Sequence record: DRR723986_2456
Reading direction: 5' to 3' (one strand)
DNA: 64,000 bases
Below are positions 18,258-28,223 of the stretch, one piece after another (the first letter of the stretch is position 1; the number at the start of each line of letters is the position of its first letter). A model generated the notes under the pieces. It made no database searches, was not told the DNA's origin, and worked only from the letters and a program-made list of their open reading frames with translations. The translations under genes and the position numbers were made by a program.

Positions 18258-18617
18258 ATGAAAGCACGGGTGAACGTTGACGAACGAGGCCGCCGAACCG
18301 CCAGTGATGCCTGCCTGGAGCCCTGCTCGATTGAGCGCGGCATGAGGGTGATTGGTGGGAAATGGACTGGCTCTATTATTTATCACCTAAAAGACGGTCC
18401 AGTACGGTTTAATGACCTGGTACGAATGCTCGGCGGGGCAAGTAAGAAGATGATAGATCAACGTCTGAAAGAGCTTGAAGCGCGCAATATGGTAACGCGT
18501 ACCGTGATCAGCGAGCGCCCGATCGCCGTCAATTATGCGCTGACAGACTTCGGCCGCAGTGCGCTGAAAATTTTGGACGACCTGCGAATATGGTCGGAGT
18601 CCAACAATATTACTTAA
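18258..18617 (+). CDS. HxlR family winged-helix regulator
   Basis: CSIERGMRVIGGKW, RFNDL, RLKELE, VNYALTDFG; divergent from the quinone reductase. Confidence 0.9.
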   Translation: MKARVNVDERGRRTASDACLEPCSIERGMRVIGGKWTGSIIYHLKDGPVRFNDLVRMLGGASKKMIDQRLKELEARNMVTRTVISERPIAVNYALTDFGRSALKILDDLRIWSESNNIT

Positions 18618-18691
18618 CTACCGTCGCGAATGGGTCTGCAGCGGCCACACAGACGCCCAGACACAACATCCACTATGTTTACGGGATTAAA

Positions 18692-18988
18692 ATGATTAAA
18701 CACATCGTACTCCTCACGTGGAAGCCGGAAACCACGAAAACTGAAATAGACGCCGTTAGCCAGGGGCTAGCCCGACTTCCAGAAGATATTCCAGAGATCG
18801 TCTCCTACCACTTTGGCCCCGATGCAAAGCTGTATCGCGGTAATGCCGACTACGCGTTGGTGGCTGAATTTCACTCGGAGGCGGACTTAAAAACCTATGT
18901 TACTCACCCCAGCCACCAGCGCTTTATGAAAGAGGTGGCAAACCCCATTCTCGACACCTTCCAGTCGGTACAGTTTGAAACGCCCTAA
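18692..18988 (+). CDS. Dabb family stress-responsive A/B barrel protein
   Basis: MIKHIVLLTWK, IPEI, YVTHPSHQ. Confidence 0.85.
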   Translation: MIKHIVLLTWKPETTKTEIDAVSQGLARLPEDIPEIVSYHFGPDAKLYRGNADYALVAEFHSEADLKTYVTHPSHQRFMKEVANPILDTFQSVQFETP

Positions 18989-19014
18989 ATTCCCGTGCTA
19001 GCTAGCTGCCAGAC

Positions 19015-20388
19015 CTAGTTAGCCCTTCTACTCAGAATAAGCGGGAGCTTTTCTGGCTTTGGTAGCGGAACAAACTGAAACTTCACTTCGAAATTTTTCG
19101 GTAATTCAAAAGTGAAATTCAGCAACATGTGATGCATGAATATCTTTCCCAGCATGACGCCAAAATGCATACCTATACACTTATGCGCACCGCCACCGAA
19201 CGGGAAATAGGCAAAGGGGTGAGATTTTTTTTCATTCCTCTCGCTGGAAAATCGGTCCGGGTCAAAAGTTGTTGGGCTGGACCAATATTTCTCTGAGTAG
19301 TGGTTGTGAATCGCTGCCATCATCACCGGCGTATGCGCAGGAACCTCGTAACCACCTAACTGGGTCGGCCGAATACTGCGACGAATCAGTATCGGAATGG
19401 GTGGATGCAAGCGCATACACTCATAGAAGCCATTCTCAACATCGCTCATAGCCTCCAGGCTATCAAAATCGAGTAGCGATTTGTCGAGCGCAAGACTCTG
19501 CTTTCGCGCCCTTTCCTGCCAGCGTTGATTAGCCGCATAGTAATACACCAGATGATTCAGTACGCTTGTCGCTGTATCGTGGGCAGCAAATAATATAAAT
19601 GCGGCATGATCACTGATTTCTTCATCGCTAAAGGGCGTGCCATCTTCCTTACACTCTTTGCTCATTAGTGTAAGCATGTCGCTCTTGTCGCTATGCCGCC
19701 TTGCCGGTATCAAGCTGGTAAAGTAATCCCTCAGGTAAGCCACCCCTTTTTTTGCCTTGTAGAAGGGGGTACCCGGAATATTCTTTTTTACCGGGTCGTT
19801 AAAACCAGCCTGGATGTTTAAGAACGCGTCGTTGAGCTTCTGATACTCCTCGCCGACATCATCAACACCGATGAATATTTCAGCACCTATACGCAGCAGT
19901 ATTTCTTTGATCTCTGGATAAAATTCCAGCGGTTTGTCGTCGTTCCAGCCGTCTATAAACAGCTTTACCAGCTCATTAATCTTTTGCGCGTAAGCCCTCA
20001 TCGACTCCGTTTTGAAGCATGTTTGCAGAATGCGCCGCTGCATTTTATGCACATCGAAGTCATACGCGAGTACGCCACCATCATAGAAGTGGCGCATCGT
20101 TTTTTGGTACCCCATTTCGGTAGACCAATTTTGATCCCTATCTAAAAACACCCGCTGGATATCATCTGCCCCCAATAGCAGCAGGCCTTTTTGGTCGCCA
20201 AACTGTATGCGCGACACTTCTCCCCACTTTTCGTAGTGCTCTTTGATCAAGCCAGGAAAGTCCACAAAGCCCCTTATGCCTCTTCCCACAAGCGGCAAGC
20301 CATAGCTCCCCGGTATATGCCTGATCCGAACACTGTCTTTTGCGCGGCGATAGCCGGTCTCCAGGTCGAGTTTTTCTACAGATTCCAT
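19015..20388 (-). CDS. cytochrome P450
   Basis: I-helix FAAHDT, ExxR (ECMR), FDPDRF, heme ligand FGGGAHKCIG. Confidence 0.95.
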   Translation of the reverse strand: MESVEKLDLETGYRRAKDSVRIRHIPGSYGLPLVGRGIRGFVDFPGLIKEHYEKWGEVSRIQFGDQKGLLLLGADDIQRVFLDRDQNWSTEMGYQKTMRHFYDGGVLAYDFDVHKMQRRILQTCFKTESMRAYAQKINELVKLFIDGWNDDKPLEFYPEIKEILLRIGAEIFIGVDDVGEEYQKLNDAFLNIQAGFNDPVKKNIPGTPFYKAKKGVAYLRDYFTSLIPARRHSDKSDMLTLMSKECKEDGTPFSDEEISDHAAFILFAAHDTATSVLNHLVYYYAANQRWQERARKQSLALDKSLLDFDSLEAMSDVENGFYECMRLHPPIPILIRRSIRPTQLGGYEVPAHTPVMMAAIHNHYSEKYWSSPTTFDPDRFSSERNEKKSHPFAYFPFGGGAHKCIGMHFGVMLGKIFMHHMLLNFTFELPKNFEVKFQFVPLPKPEKLPLILSRRAN

Positions 20389-20481
20389 AACAGCCCCTCG
20401 CCGCCAACTGGGTTACACATGTGTGCAACTTAGTTTGCTATGGTAAAGTTGTAAAATTAAAGATATGTAAGGGAAGGCGTC

Positions 20482-21096
20482 TTGGCGTTAACAGAAAAGC
20501 AAATTCAGCGAATCGAGAATCGCAAAAAGCAGTCTCGCGACAAGATCACCTCAAGCGCTTTAAAGCTCTTTGAGAAGCAGGGCATTGCCAATACAAGCGT
20601 CGTCGATATTGTCAAAGCATCAGGCGTAGCTCACAAAACCTTTTTCAATCACTTTAAGAACAAAGATGAGCTCATGATCCACTTGGCGACGGAAGCCGCC
20701 ACGATTGGCGACGTCTTTTTCGCAGAGGCATTAGCCTTCAGTGACGAACCCAGACTTCAGATAGAACATGCCTTAATGGGGATGGCACAAGCCTTTGTGC
20801 CGGTGAATCAGACTTACCGCGAACTCATCAATTATTATTTTATTTCAGGTAGCCATCGCGACATGCGTAATCAGCAGCGCAATCATTTTCAAGACAACAT
20901 TAGAGCCATTCTGACGACAGCTAAAGAAGACGGTAAGTTAGTCGACGACAATAACTTCGAAACCTATATGGATGTATTGGTAGGCGTTTTTATCTCTCTC
21001 ATTATCAGCTGGAATATTGAAGACGCCTTCCCCATCGAGGCGCGTATGGAGGGCGCTTTGAAACTGGTGAACGACAGCATTTTCAGAGCCATTTGA
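20482..21096 (+). CDS. TetR family transcriptional regulator
   Basis: LFEKQGIANTSVVDIVKASGVAHKTFFNHFKNKDEL; divergent from the P450. Confidence 0.88.
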   Translation: MALTEKQIQRIENRKKQSRDKITSSALKLFEKQGIANTSVVDIVKASGVAHKTFFNHFKNKDELMIHLATEAATIGDVFFAEALAFSDEPRLQIEHALMGMAQAFVPVNQTYRELINYYFISGSHRDMRNQQRNHFQDNIRAILTTAKEDGKLVDDNNFETYMDVLVGVFISLIISWNIEDAFPIEARMEGALKLVNDSIFRAI

Positions 21097-21159
21097 ACAG
21101 CGAAGATGAAAACCGACGCAGACCATGGAAATGTCTGCGCCAAGTTTATTCACCGCCGA

Positions 21160-22623
21160 CTAGCTCAATGCCTTTGCCAGCGGACGATCCACTCTCACTT
21201 TGAACGGCATTTGAATTTCATAGGTAACGCCTGCCACACGGGTTGGAATGGGCGAACCGGGTTCCAATTCCGGCGGCAACAAGCCTAAAGGACGGCTGCG
21301 CTGCCCGGATACGTATAAACGGTCCCCAGTGGGGGCAATGGCAATGCCGGTCACCTCGGTGAGGCTAGGGTTGCCGGGAAGCTGTAACAGCGGAATGGTG
21401 GTTCGGTCCGGCAACAGCACCATGCAGCGCATAAAACCGCCGTCTTCCACCACCAGCATTTCACCGTCCAGGGTCATGGCAATATTGTCCACCCCTGTCA
21501 TCGGCTCTTCGGCATTGTCGAAGGGGGAGCCTGCCACGTCATCCCGAGGGGCGTAGATGCTCTCGATGGTTTCGCCGTCAATATCAATGGCCCAGATATT
21601 GTCGTCACTCTTCGTGGAGAAGAAGATAAAGCCATTGAGGTACCAAACGCCTTCATTGCCACCAAAGATCGTGGCGTCGACCTCACCCACCGTAGCAGGC
21701 TGAGCGCGGCCGTCGTCAATGGCATCGTTCCATACAATCGGCGTTGGGCCAGCACGCGCGGCATCAATGCCGGCAGGCACATACAGCACCTGCAGTTTCC
21801 CGGCAGCCATGTCAGGGCGTTCATTGGCTACCGGCCAGCTGCTGCTCGTCCAGGCGGTGCGGTAGAAGCGGTCGGTTTCGCTGTCGATATCTTCGGTGTG
21901 GTAAATCGCTCGGCGCTCGGCATCAACCGCCACCATTTCGTGGGCTTTGCGGCCGAAGCACGGCAGCTCAACCGCCTCGCCGCCGTCGCGAAGCGGGCTG
22001 CATTCAAACATTTTGCCGTCCCAGATTTCCTCGCCGTTAATCCAGGTTCCCCAGGGGGTGGCGCCGCCAGAGCAATTCGTGGTGGTACCGCGCTGGCAGG
22101 GGTAGGCATCGACAAGATTACCCGCCGCATCAAAGCGCAAGGCACTGACCCCGCCGCCGAAAAAAGGCGGCAAGAACGCGGCGGTATCGCGGTCTAGATT
22201 GCGTCGGAATTCCCCAGTCGGGTCCTGGTCGCGGATCGTTGTCAGGTCGCGCGCTTCGGAGTTACTAACATAGATCCAGCCACCGTCGTCGGTTCTGAAT
22301 GTGCCGCCGCCATCGGGGTCTGAATGCCAGAAGAACAGCGGGTCAACACTGGGCACCGGCGGCTCGCCAAATACCGCCAACTGACGGGAGGTGAACCCCA
22401 GGGGCAGGCGAATGCCGTCGTCATTGGGCTCTTGCAGAGGGCCTATGTTGCGAAATTTACTGGAGAACGTCGCACTACCATTGCTGCTGGAACTGGACGA
22501 ACTGCCACCACAGGCGGTCAACCAGCTTGCCGTGGCAACACTGCCTGCCGAGAACAACAGGTTGCGCAGAAATAGTCGCCGCGACCAGCCCTTGCGCTCC
22601 GCTTCTTTAAGTAATGGATTCAT
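21160..22623 (-). CDS. phoX: PhoX-family (DUF839) alkaline phosphatase, Tat lipoprotein
   Basis: SRRLFL twin-Arg, LTAC lipobox, YVSNSE, NCSGGATPWGTWINGEE, HEMVAVD, DNI, EDG, EVTG; Pho boxes upstream. Confidence 0.85.
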   Translation of the reverse strand: MNPLLKEAERKGWSRRLFLRNLLFSAGSVATASWLTACGGSSSSSSSNGSATFSSKFRNIGPLQEPNDDGIRLPLGFTSRQLAVFGEPPVPSVDPLFFWHSDPDGGGTFRTDDGGWIYVSNSEARDLTTIRDQDPTGEFRRNLDRDTAAFLPPFFGGGVSALRFDAAGNLVDAYPCQRGTTTNCSGGATPWGTWINGEEIWDGKMFECSPLRDGGEAVELPCFGRKAHEMVAVDAERRAIYHTEDIDSETDRFYRTAWTSSSWPVANERPDMAAGKLQVLYVPAGIDAARAGPTPIVWNDAIDDGRAQPATVGEVDATIFGGNEGVWYLNGFIFFSTKSDDNIWAIDIDGETIESIYAPRDDVAGSPFDNAEEPMTGVDNIAMTLDGEMLVVEDGGFMRCMVLLPDRTTIPLLQLPGNPSLTEVTGIAIAPTGDRLYVSGQRSRPLGLLPPELEPGSPIPTRVAGVTYEIQMPFKVRVDRPLAKALS

Positions 22624-22702
22624 CCAACCTTCCCCTCTAGTTTTCTAACTACTATTTTCTATTACTTGGCCGCGGCGCCCAGCGCTAAAAAATGGCGGCC
22701 GT

Positions 22703-22762
22703 GTGACACCGAGATGACAACCCTACAGGTTTTAGCATAGTTATATGACAGCGAGATAACAT
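22703..22762 (-). promoter_or_regulatory. two Pho boxes (PhoB sites)
   Basis: Minus strand ATGTTAT-CTCG-CTGTCAT (22762-22745) and TTGTCAT-CTCG-GTGTCAC (22720-22703): 11-bp-periodic CTGTCAT-like repeats. Confidence 0.8.
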
Positions 22763-22775
22763 TCCGGGCTGACCC

Positions 22776-23678
22776 TCAGGCCAGCAGCGCCTCTGCACGC
22801 AACAGCTTACGCACCCAGCGGTGGGCGAGATCATGGTCCAGGCGCGGATGCCACGCTGCGGCGACGGTGATCGACGGCATCGTCGCCGCAATCTTTACCT
22901 CACTCAGCGGGCCAGACATTACCGATAACAGCCGGCGCGGGATCATCGCGATGAGATCGCTAGCCGCCAGCAAACTCGGCAACACCGCAAAATTGGGCAG
23001 CGTAACCGCCACTTTGTCGAGCAAAGGCGAGTGATGCAGGTCGCGGAATAAACCTCCTTCAAAGGCAAACCCCGTGGGTGAAACAATGACATGGTCATAA
23101 CCCAAAAACGACTCTGCGGAGGCTTGCTGGTCTGCCAGCGGGTGCCCCTGCCTTGCCGCTGCGATGTAAGGGTCGGTAAAAAGCTCTTCGCTGGAAAAGT
23201 CCGCCGGCAGGGCCTGCGGAAAACTCAACATCAGATCCAGCTCGCCGTCACGAACGCGCTCGGCAGCCGCCTTGCTGTCCAGGTCGAACAGGGCAACTTT
23301 TACCTTTGGCGCGAGGGCGCGAATTCGCTGAACCAGCGGCACTAACAGGGCGATTTGCAGGTAGTCATTCGCGGAAACCGACAGTGTGAATTCAGCTTCC
23401 TCGGGGACGAATAGCGGCGGCGCGATCAACTGCTGAGCATCGCTGAGTAATTGTTTGATGGCAGGCCGCAGTGATTCAGCACGGGAGGTTGGCGTTAACC
23501 CCCGGGGGTTGCGCACAAACAAGGGGTCGTCGAACAAATCGCGCAGTTTTTGCAGTGTGTAGCTGACACTCGGCTGGGTGACATGCAACCGCTTTGCCGC
23601 CTGAGAAACACTGCACTCATCCAGAAGCACATCCAGCACCTTCAGGGCATTCAAGTCGGCCTTCAAGATATCGTTCAT
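22776..23678 (-). CDS. LysR family transcriptional regulator
   Basis: DLNALKVL...SVSQAAKRLHVTQPSVSYTLQKLRDLFDDPLFVR. Confidence 0.93.
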   Translation of the reverse strand: MNDILKADLNALKVLDVLLDECSVSQAAKRLHVTQPSVSYTLQKLRDLFDDPLFVRNPRGLTPTSRAESLRPAIKQLLSDAQQLIAPPLFVPEEAEFTLSVSANDYLQIALLVPLVQRIRALAPKVKVALFDLDSKAAAERVRDGELDLMLSFPQALPADFSSEELFTDPYIAAARQGHPLADQQASAESFLGYDHVIVSPTGFAFEGGLFRDLHHSPLLDKVAVTLPNFAVLPSLLAASDLIAMIPRRLLSVMSGPLSEVKIAATMPSITVAAAWHPRLDHDLAHRWVRKLLRAEALLA

Positions 23679-23776
23679 TTTTATATCTTTTATAAAATTT
23701 AATAATTTGATTTATACCATGTGCATTTCTATAGTCCAGCCACGCTCCACACCTCTAGCCTTTTTGGGAGTCGACG

Positions 23777-26002
23777 ATGTCCTCGCGCAGCCAACATGCC
23801 TCAATTTGCCGAATGTGCCACGCCGCCTGTCCGGTCATTGTGGAAATGGAAGATGGCCTGCCTGTTAAGGTGACTGGCAACAAGGCCAGCCCGACCTATC
23901 ACGGGTTTTGCTGCAGTCGCGGCCAGGCCTCGGTGGAGCATATTCGCCACCCCGACCGCTTGCTGCACTCGCTGAAACGCATGCCCGATGGCCGTTTTGA
24001 GCCCATCGCAATTGAACAGGCAATGGACGAAATTGCCGAAAAATTGCAGGCCATCGTCGACCAACACGGGCCTCGCGCACTGGCCGCTTATTTCGGCACT
24101 TACTCCGGCCCCTACCCCACCGCCGGTACGTTGCTCGGCTCACTGGTGGCTTCGCTCGGGTCACCAATGATATTTGCCAGCGCCACCATCGACCAACCGG
24201 GCAAAGATATCGCCAACGCCATGCTCGGCCACTGGAAAGCCGGCCCCCAGGCCTTTGCCGACTCCGATGTTTGGCTGATGCTTGGCGGCAACCCCATGGT
24301 GACGATTGCCGGCGGCGTGCCCAGCCAAAACCCCGCGCGACGCCTCACCGACAAGATCAAAGATGGTATGAAACTCATCGTGATCGACCCGCGCAAAACC
24401 GAAACCGCCGCGCGCGCACAAGTTCACCTGCGCCCAACGCCCGGCGAAGATGTCGCGGTGCTGGCGGCAATGCTGCATGTCATCATCAAAGAGCAGTTAT
24501 ACGACGACGCCTTTATTACCGAAAACGTGAAAGGCTTTACCGAGCTGAAAAATGCCGTTGCCCCCTACACCCCAGAGCATGCTGCTGCGCGCGCCGACGT
24601 TCCCGCTGAGCAAATTACCGATTCTGCTCGGGTATTTGCTAAGGCTAAGCGCGGGGTAGCGACGGGCCTAACCGGCGCCAATATGTCCGGCCACAGCTCG
24701 CTGACCGAATATTTACTGCTGTGCCTGAACACCCTGTGCGGCCGCTTCGTGCGCGAGGGCGAGCCCGTCGCCAACCCCGGCGTACTGCTGCCGCGGGCAA
24801 CGCCCATCGCCGAAGCGGCCGACCCCGCCCCCTATCACAATGTTGGCGAAGCATTGCGCGTGCGCGGCCTTTCGCAGAGCGCGGCAGGCATGCCCACCGC
24901 GGCATTAGCAGACGAGATTTTGCTGGAAGGCGAAGGCCAGGTGAAGGCGCTTATCGTCAACAGCGGCAACCCCGTGGCGGCCTGGCCCGACCAGCAGAAA
25001 ACCGTGGCGGCGATGAAAAAGCTCGAGCTGCTGGTTCACGTGGATATCAAAATGTCGGCCACCGCCAAACTGGCCGACTACATTATTGCCCCGAAAGTCA
25101 GCTACGAGGTGCCGACCATTTCGCTCGCCGTCGAGCACCTGGAAAACTTCTCTTACCACTGGGGGCTGTGTGAGCCCTTCGGCATGTATGCCCCGGCGTT
25201 GATGGACACACCCGAGGGCTCCGACTTAATCGAGGAGTGGGAGTTTTATTACGGCCTGGCCCAGCGTTTAGGCATTGGGCTATTCAGCTTCCCAATGCAA
25301 TCGCGCACGGCGACGGTGCGTGAGGAGCGCGACTTTGTGATGCTGGATATGGACAACAAACCCAGCAGCGACGACATGCTGGAGCTGTTGTGCAACCGCT
25401 CTCGCATTCCCTTGGATGAAGTGAAAAAGCACCCGAATGGCGCGCTGTTCCCCGAGAAGATTGTCGCCGCCGCCAAGCGCTCCGATTGCACAGCCAGGCT
25501 GGATATTGGCAACCCCGATATGATGGCCGAGCTTGCCGCCGCAGTGGTGGCCAGGCCCCGCGATGACCGCTTTCCGTTTACGTTGGTGTCGCGCCGAATG
25601 AAAAACGCCTACAACTCATCGCTGCGGGATCTGCCACGCTTGGTGAAAACCAAACGCCCGTACAATCCAGCCTACTTGCACCCGGATGATCTCACCGCAC
25701 TCGGCCTCGATGATGGCGATTACATTGAGATTCGCTCGGCGCATGGGGCGATTGTTGGCATTGCCAACGCCGATAAAACGCTGAAACCCGGCGTACTATC
25801 GATGGCCCATGCCTACGGTGACGGGGCGTATTCTGAAAACGCGACTGCCCCTGAACAGAAGGATATTTTGTTCCGTGAGGGCAGCAACACCTCGGCATTG
25901 ATCAGCACGGATGATGCCTACGACCGCTTCTCAGGCATTCCCCGTATGAGCGCCCTGCCGGTTGCCATCCGCCCCGTCCCCGGTCAGCCCTCTCCGCAAT
26001 AG
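23777..26002 (+). CDS. molybdopterin (bis-MGD, DMSO-reductase superfamily) oxidoreductase
   Basis: N-terminal CRMCHAAC...C [4Fe-4S] motif, VIDPRKTETA, TAKLADYIIAP, C-terminal LHPDD...DGD binding domain. Confidence 0.9.
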   Translation: MSSRSQHASICRMCHAACPVIVEMEDGLPVKVTGNKASPTYHGFCCSRGQASVEHIRHPDRLLHSLKRMPDGRFEPIAIEQAMDEIAEKLQAIVDQHGPRALAAYFGTYSGPYPTAGTLLGSLVASLGSPMIFASATIDQPGKDIANAMLGHWKAGPQAFADSDVWLMLGGNPMVTIAGGVPSQNPARRLTDKIKDGMKLIVIDPRKTETAARAQVHLRPTPGEDVAVLAAMLHVIIKEQLYDDAFITENVKGFTELKNAVAPYTPEHAAARADVPAEQITDSARVFAKAKRGVATGLTGANMSGHSSLTEYLLLCLNTLCGRFVREGEPVANPGVLLPRATPIAEAADPAPYHNVGEALRVRGLSQSAAGMPTAALADEILLEGEGQVKALIVNSGNPVAAWPDQQKTVAAMKKLELLVHVDIKMSATAKLADYIIAPKVSYEVPTISLAVEHLENFSYHWGLCEPFGMYAPALMDTPEGSDLIEEWEFYYGLAQRLGIGLFSFPMQSRTATVREERDFVMLDMDNKPSSDDMLELLCNRSRIPLDEVKKHPNGALFPEKIVAAAKRSDCTARLDIGNPDMMAELAAAVVARPRDDRFPFTLVSRRMKNAYNSSLRDLPRLVKTKRPYNPAYLHPDDLTALGLDDGDYIEIRSAHGAIVGIANADKTLKPGVLSMAHAYGDGAYSENATAPEQKDILFREGSNTSALISTDDAYDRFSGIPRMSALPVAIRPVPGQPSPQ

Positions 26003-26020
26003 CGCGGGTGGAGTGCGGCA

Positions 26021-26578
26021 CTATTTCGGGAAAGCAGACGGCCGCGGCTGCGCCTCTGGCCAGCGTTGCGGCTGACGCTTAAATTCGCTGAGGTCGTAGC
26101 CCATCTCGGCGATGCGCACCAGCAGCTCCTGATAACGCGTCTCCGACAGCTGTGGTGAGCGCGCCATCAGCCACACGTAGTCGCGCTTCTCTCGCCCGAT
26201 AATGGTTTCTGAGTAATCCTCAGAGATATAGGCCACCCGATAGTCTGCCTTGAACGGCCAAAGGAATTGCATCTTCCACTGGGTGTTCGCCGTTCCCTCC
26301 ACCACGGTTGCCGAAGGGCGATACGTTTTGAGCGGGGCATCGAAACTGCCATCGCGAAAATGGTAAGCCACGGCGATACCGCCGTCGTCCTTAAGCTGGT
26401 AGCTCTCTATCCCGTTGTGAGCATCGCGCTCGGGGAACAGCGGAATAAAACCGATCACATACCAGTCTCCCATAAAGCGCTGAAGATCGAGCGAAGACGG
26501 TGCCGGGAGCGCGTCACGCGCCGTGGTGCAAGCTGAAAGAATCGTCATTGAAAGTCCGAGGATGGCCATACGTAACAT
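26021..26578 (-). CDS. blc: outer membrane lipocalin lipoprotein (Blc-like)
   Basis: LSAC lipobox, LDLQRFMGDWY, WPFKADY, YVWLMARSP. Confidence 0.85.
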   Translation of the reverse strand: MLRMAILGLSMTILSACTTARDALPAPSSLDLQRFMGDWYVIGFIPLFPERDAHNGIESYQLKDDGGIAVAYHFRDGSFDAPLKTYRPSATVVEGTANTQWKMQFLWPFKADYRVAYISEDYSETIIGREKRDYVWLMARSPQLSETRYQELLVRIAEMGYDLSEFKRQPQRWPEAQPRPSAFPK

Positions 26579-26676
26579 GTCACACTCCTTTGCCAGTGAA
26601 TGCCTGCTGTACGTAATTTGACCAAACTCAGAGCATTGAGAAATACACTCGTATTAACATCCCCATATGCCAATAA

Positions 26677-27723
26677 TTAAGGGGTATGTGAATACTTACC
26701 TACGTAGACTGCCAGCTTGCCGGTATTTCCGCCCTCTGCCAGCGTCGCTAGAGCTTTGGGCGCATTTTCCAAACCGTGGAAAAGCTGATTTTGGTTTACC
26801 AGTTTTCCAGCCAGAAACCACTGCTCAAGCTGCTGCAATATAGCAGGCACTTCAGCCATGTGGTCCAGAATTAAAAAGCCTTCCATGCGCAAGCGGTGCA
26901 GCGTCACCAGCGGTAAATTCTTCACGCCGTAGCTGTCCTGCTTGCCGTATTGCGACACACTGCCCGAGGCAACAATACAGCCGCCGATAGTCATTGTGGG
27001 CAGCACGGCATCAAGGATTTCGCCACCGACATTGTCGAAAAACAGCTCCACGCCGTCGGGGATCATTTCGCGAATGTCGGCGGTCAAATCGCGACTTGCC
27101 CGATAATCAACGGCGCCGTCCAAGCCCAGCTGCTCGGTGAGGAATTCACATTTACGGCTGCCACCAGCGATACCAAACACTTGAGCACCGGCAGCCTTGG
27201 CCAATTGCGCAGCCATTAACCCAGTAGCACCCGCCGCCCCGCTAATCAGCACCCGCTGCCCCGCTTGCAAACGGCCGACCGTCATCAAGCCAATATGCGC
27301 AGACCAGGCAGTGAGCCCCAGCGTTCCCATGTAGGCATCCAGTGGAATGTCAGAGTGAGGAGAAAACCTCAGCGTAAAGCCGTCGTTAAGCAGCTCATCA
27401 CCGCTTACCACCTTGTAATCGGCCCACGACTGCAGACTCATCACATAATCACCAAGCGCGAAGTCGGGGTGGCGCGACGCGACCACTTTTGCGATCACAT
27501 TACCGCGCATCAATTCGCCCAGCTGCAACTGCGGCAGGTAATCGCGCTTCTCGCTAAGCCACAGTAAATTGGATGCATCGAGCGACAATAGGCAGGTTTC
27601 CAGCAGAAGCTGCCCCTCCCCCAATTCGGGTAACGGCTCGCTCACCCAGCGCAGCTCGTCGCCAGCCAGGGTGTTGTCGAGATAGCGGGCAATACGCCAG
27701 CCGTTGCAGAATTCCGGTGACAT
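26677..27723 (-). CDS. NADP-dependent alkenal/enoyl reductase (CurA/PTGR-like MDR)
   Basis: LSLDAS, ISGAAGATG, GIAGG..KC, FFDNVGG, GNTGKL. Confidence 0.88.
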   Translation of the reverse strand: MSPEFCNGWRIARYLDNTLAGDELRWVSEPLPELGEGQLLLETCLLSLDASNLLWLSEKRDYLPQLQLGELMRGNVIAKVVASRHPDFALGDYVMSLQSWADYKVVSGDELLNDGFTLRFSPHSDIPLDAYMGTLGLTAWSAHIGLMTVGRLQAGQRVLISGAAGATGLMAAQLAKAAGAQVFGIAGGSRKCEFLTEQLGLDGAVDYRASRDLTADIREMIPDGVELFFDNVGGEILDAVLPTMTIGGCIVASGSVSQYGKQDSYGVKNLPLVTLHRLRMEGFLILDHMAEVPAILQQLEQWFLAGKLVNQNQLFHGLENAPKALATLAEGGNTGKLAVYVGKYSHTP

Positions 27724-28223
27724 GACTCATCCTTTTTTAGCTATTGTTAACGATGCCAGCGCACTATACGTGGCGCATAAAATTGCCCGCAATGTGTATC
27801 CACGACGAATCTACCCCGCAACGACGACAGCTTTGCCCCCATGCGCCTGGGCTGCACCGCCCTGTTTCGGACTGATACACTGCATCTCACACCAACGGAG
27901 CGATAGCCGCGATGAAACCCCACACACCGGCCCCTACATGCAGCGAAGACACCGGGCAACGCCCCCGTGAGCGGCGTTTCCAATTTTCCAGTAACCGCGG
28001 CAACGCCACCCACCGCGTGCGCTATGTTGAATCCGGTGGCGGTAACGCGGACCAGACATGTCGCCTTTGCCAACCAACTCTGCCCCCCAAGTCACGGTAA
28101 GCGCCGAAAAGTTTCCCCCCGAGTGCTTGCAGAAAAAACACGGAAAACAGCCCCAAATCCGCCCCGCTACGACATACGTAACAGTATTTTGTGCTGTAAA
28201 TAACAAGATAGTTTGGGGGATTT

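Noticed and set aside
27912-28100. 62-aa ORF with GGAG upstream and a CxxC in a 500-bp intergenic gap
   Set aside because: No recognisable family and several competing ORFs; cannot be supported without conservation data
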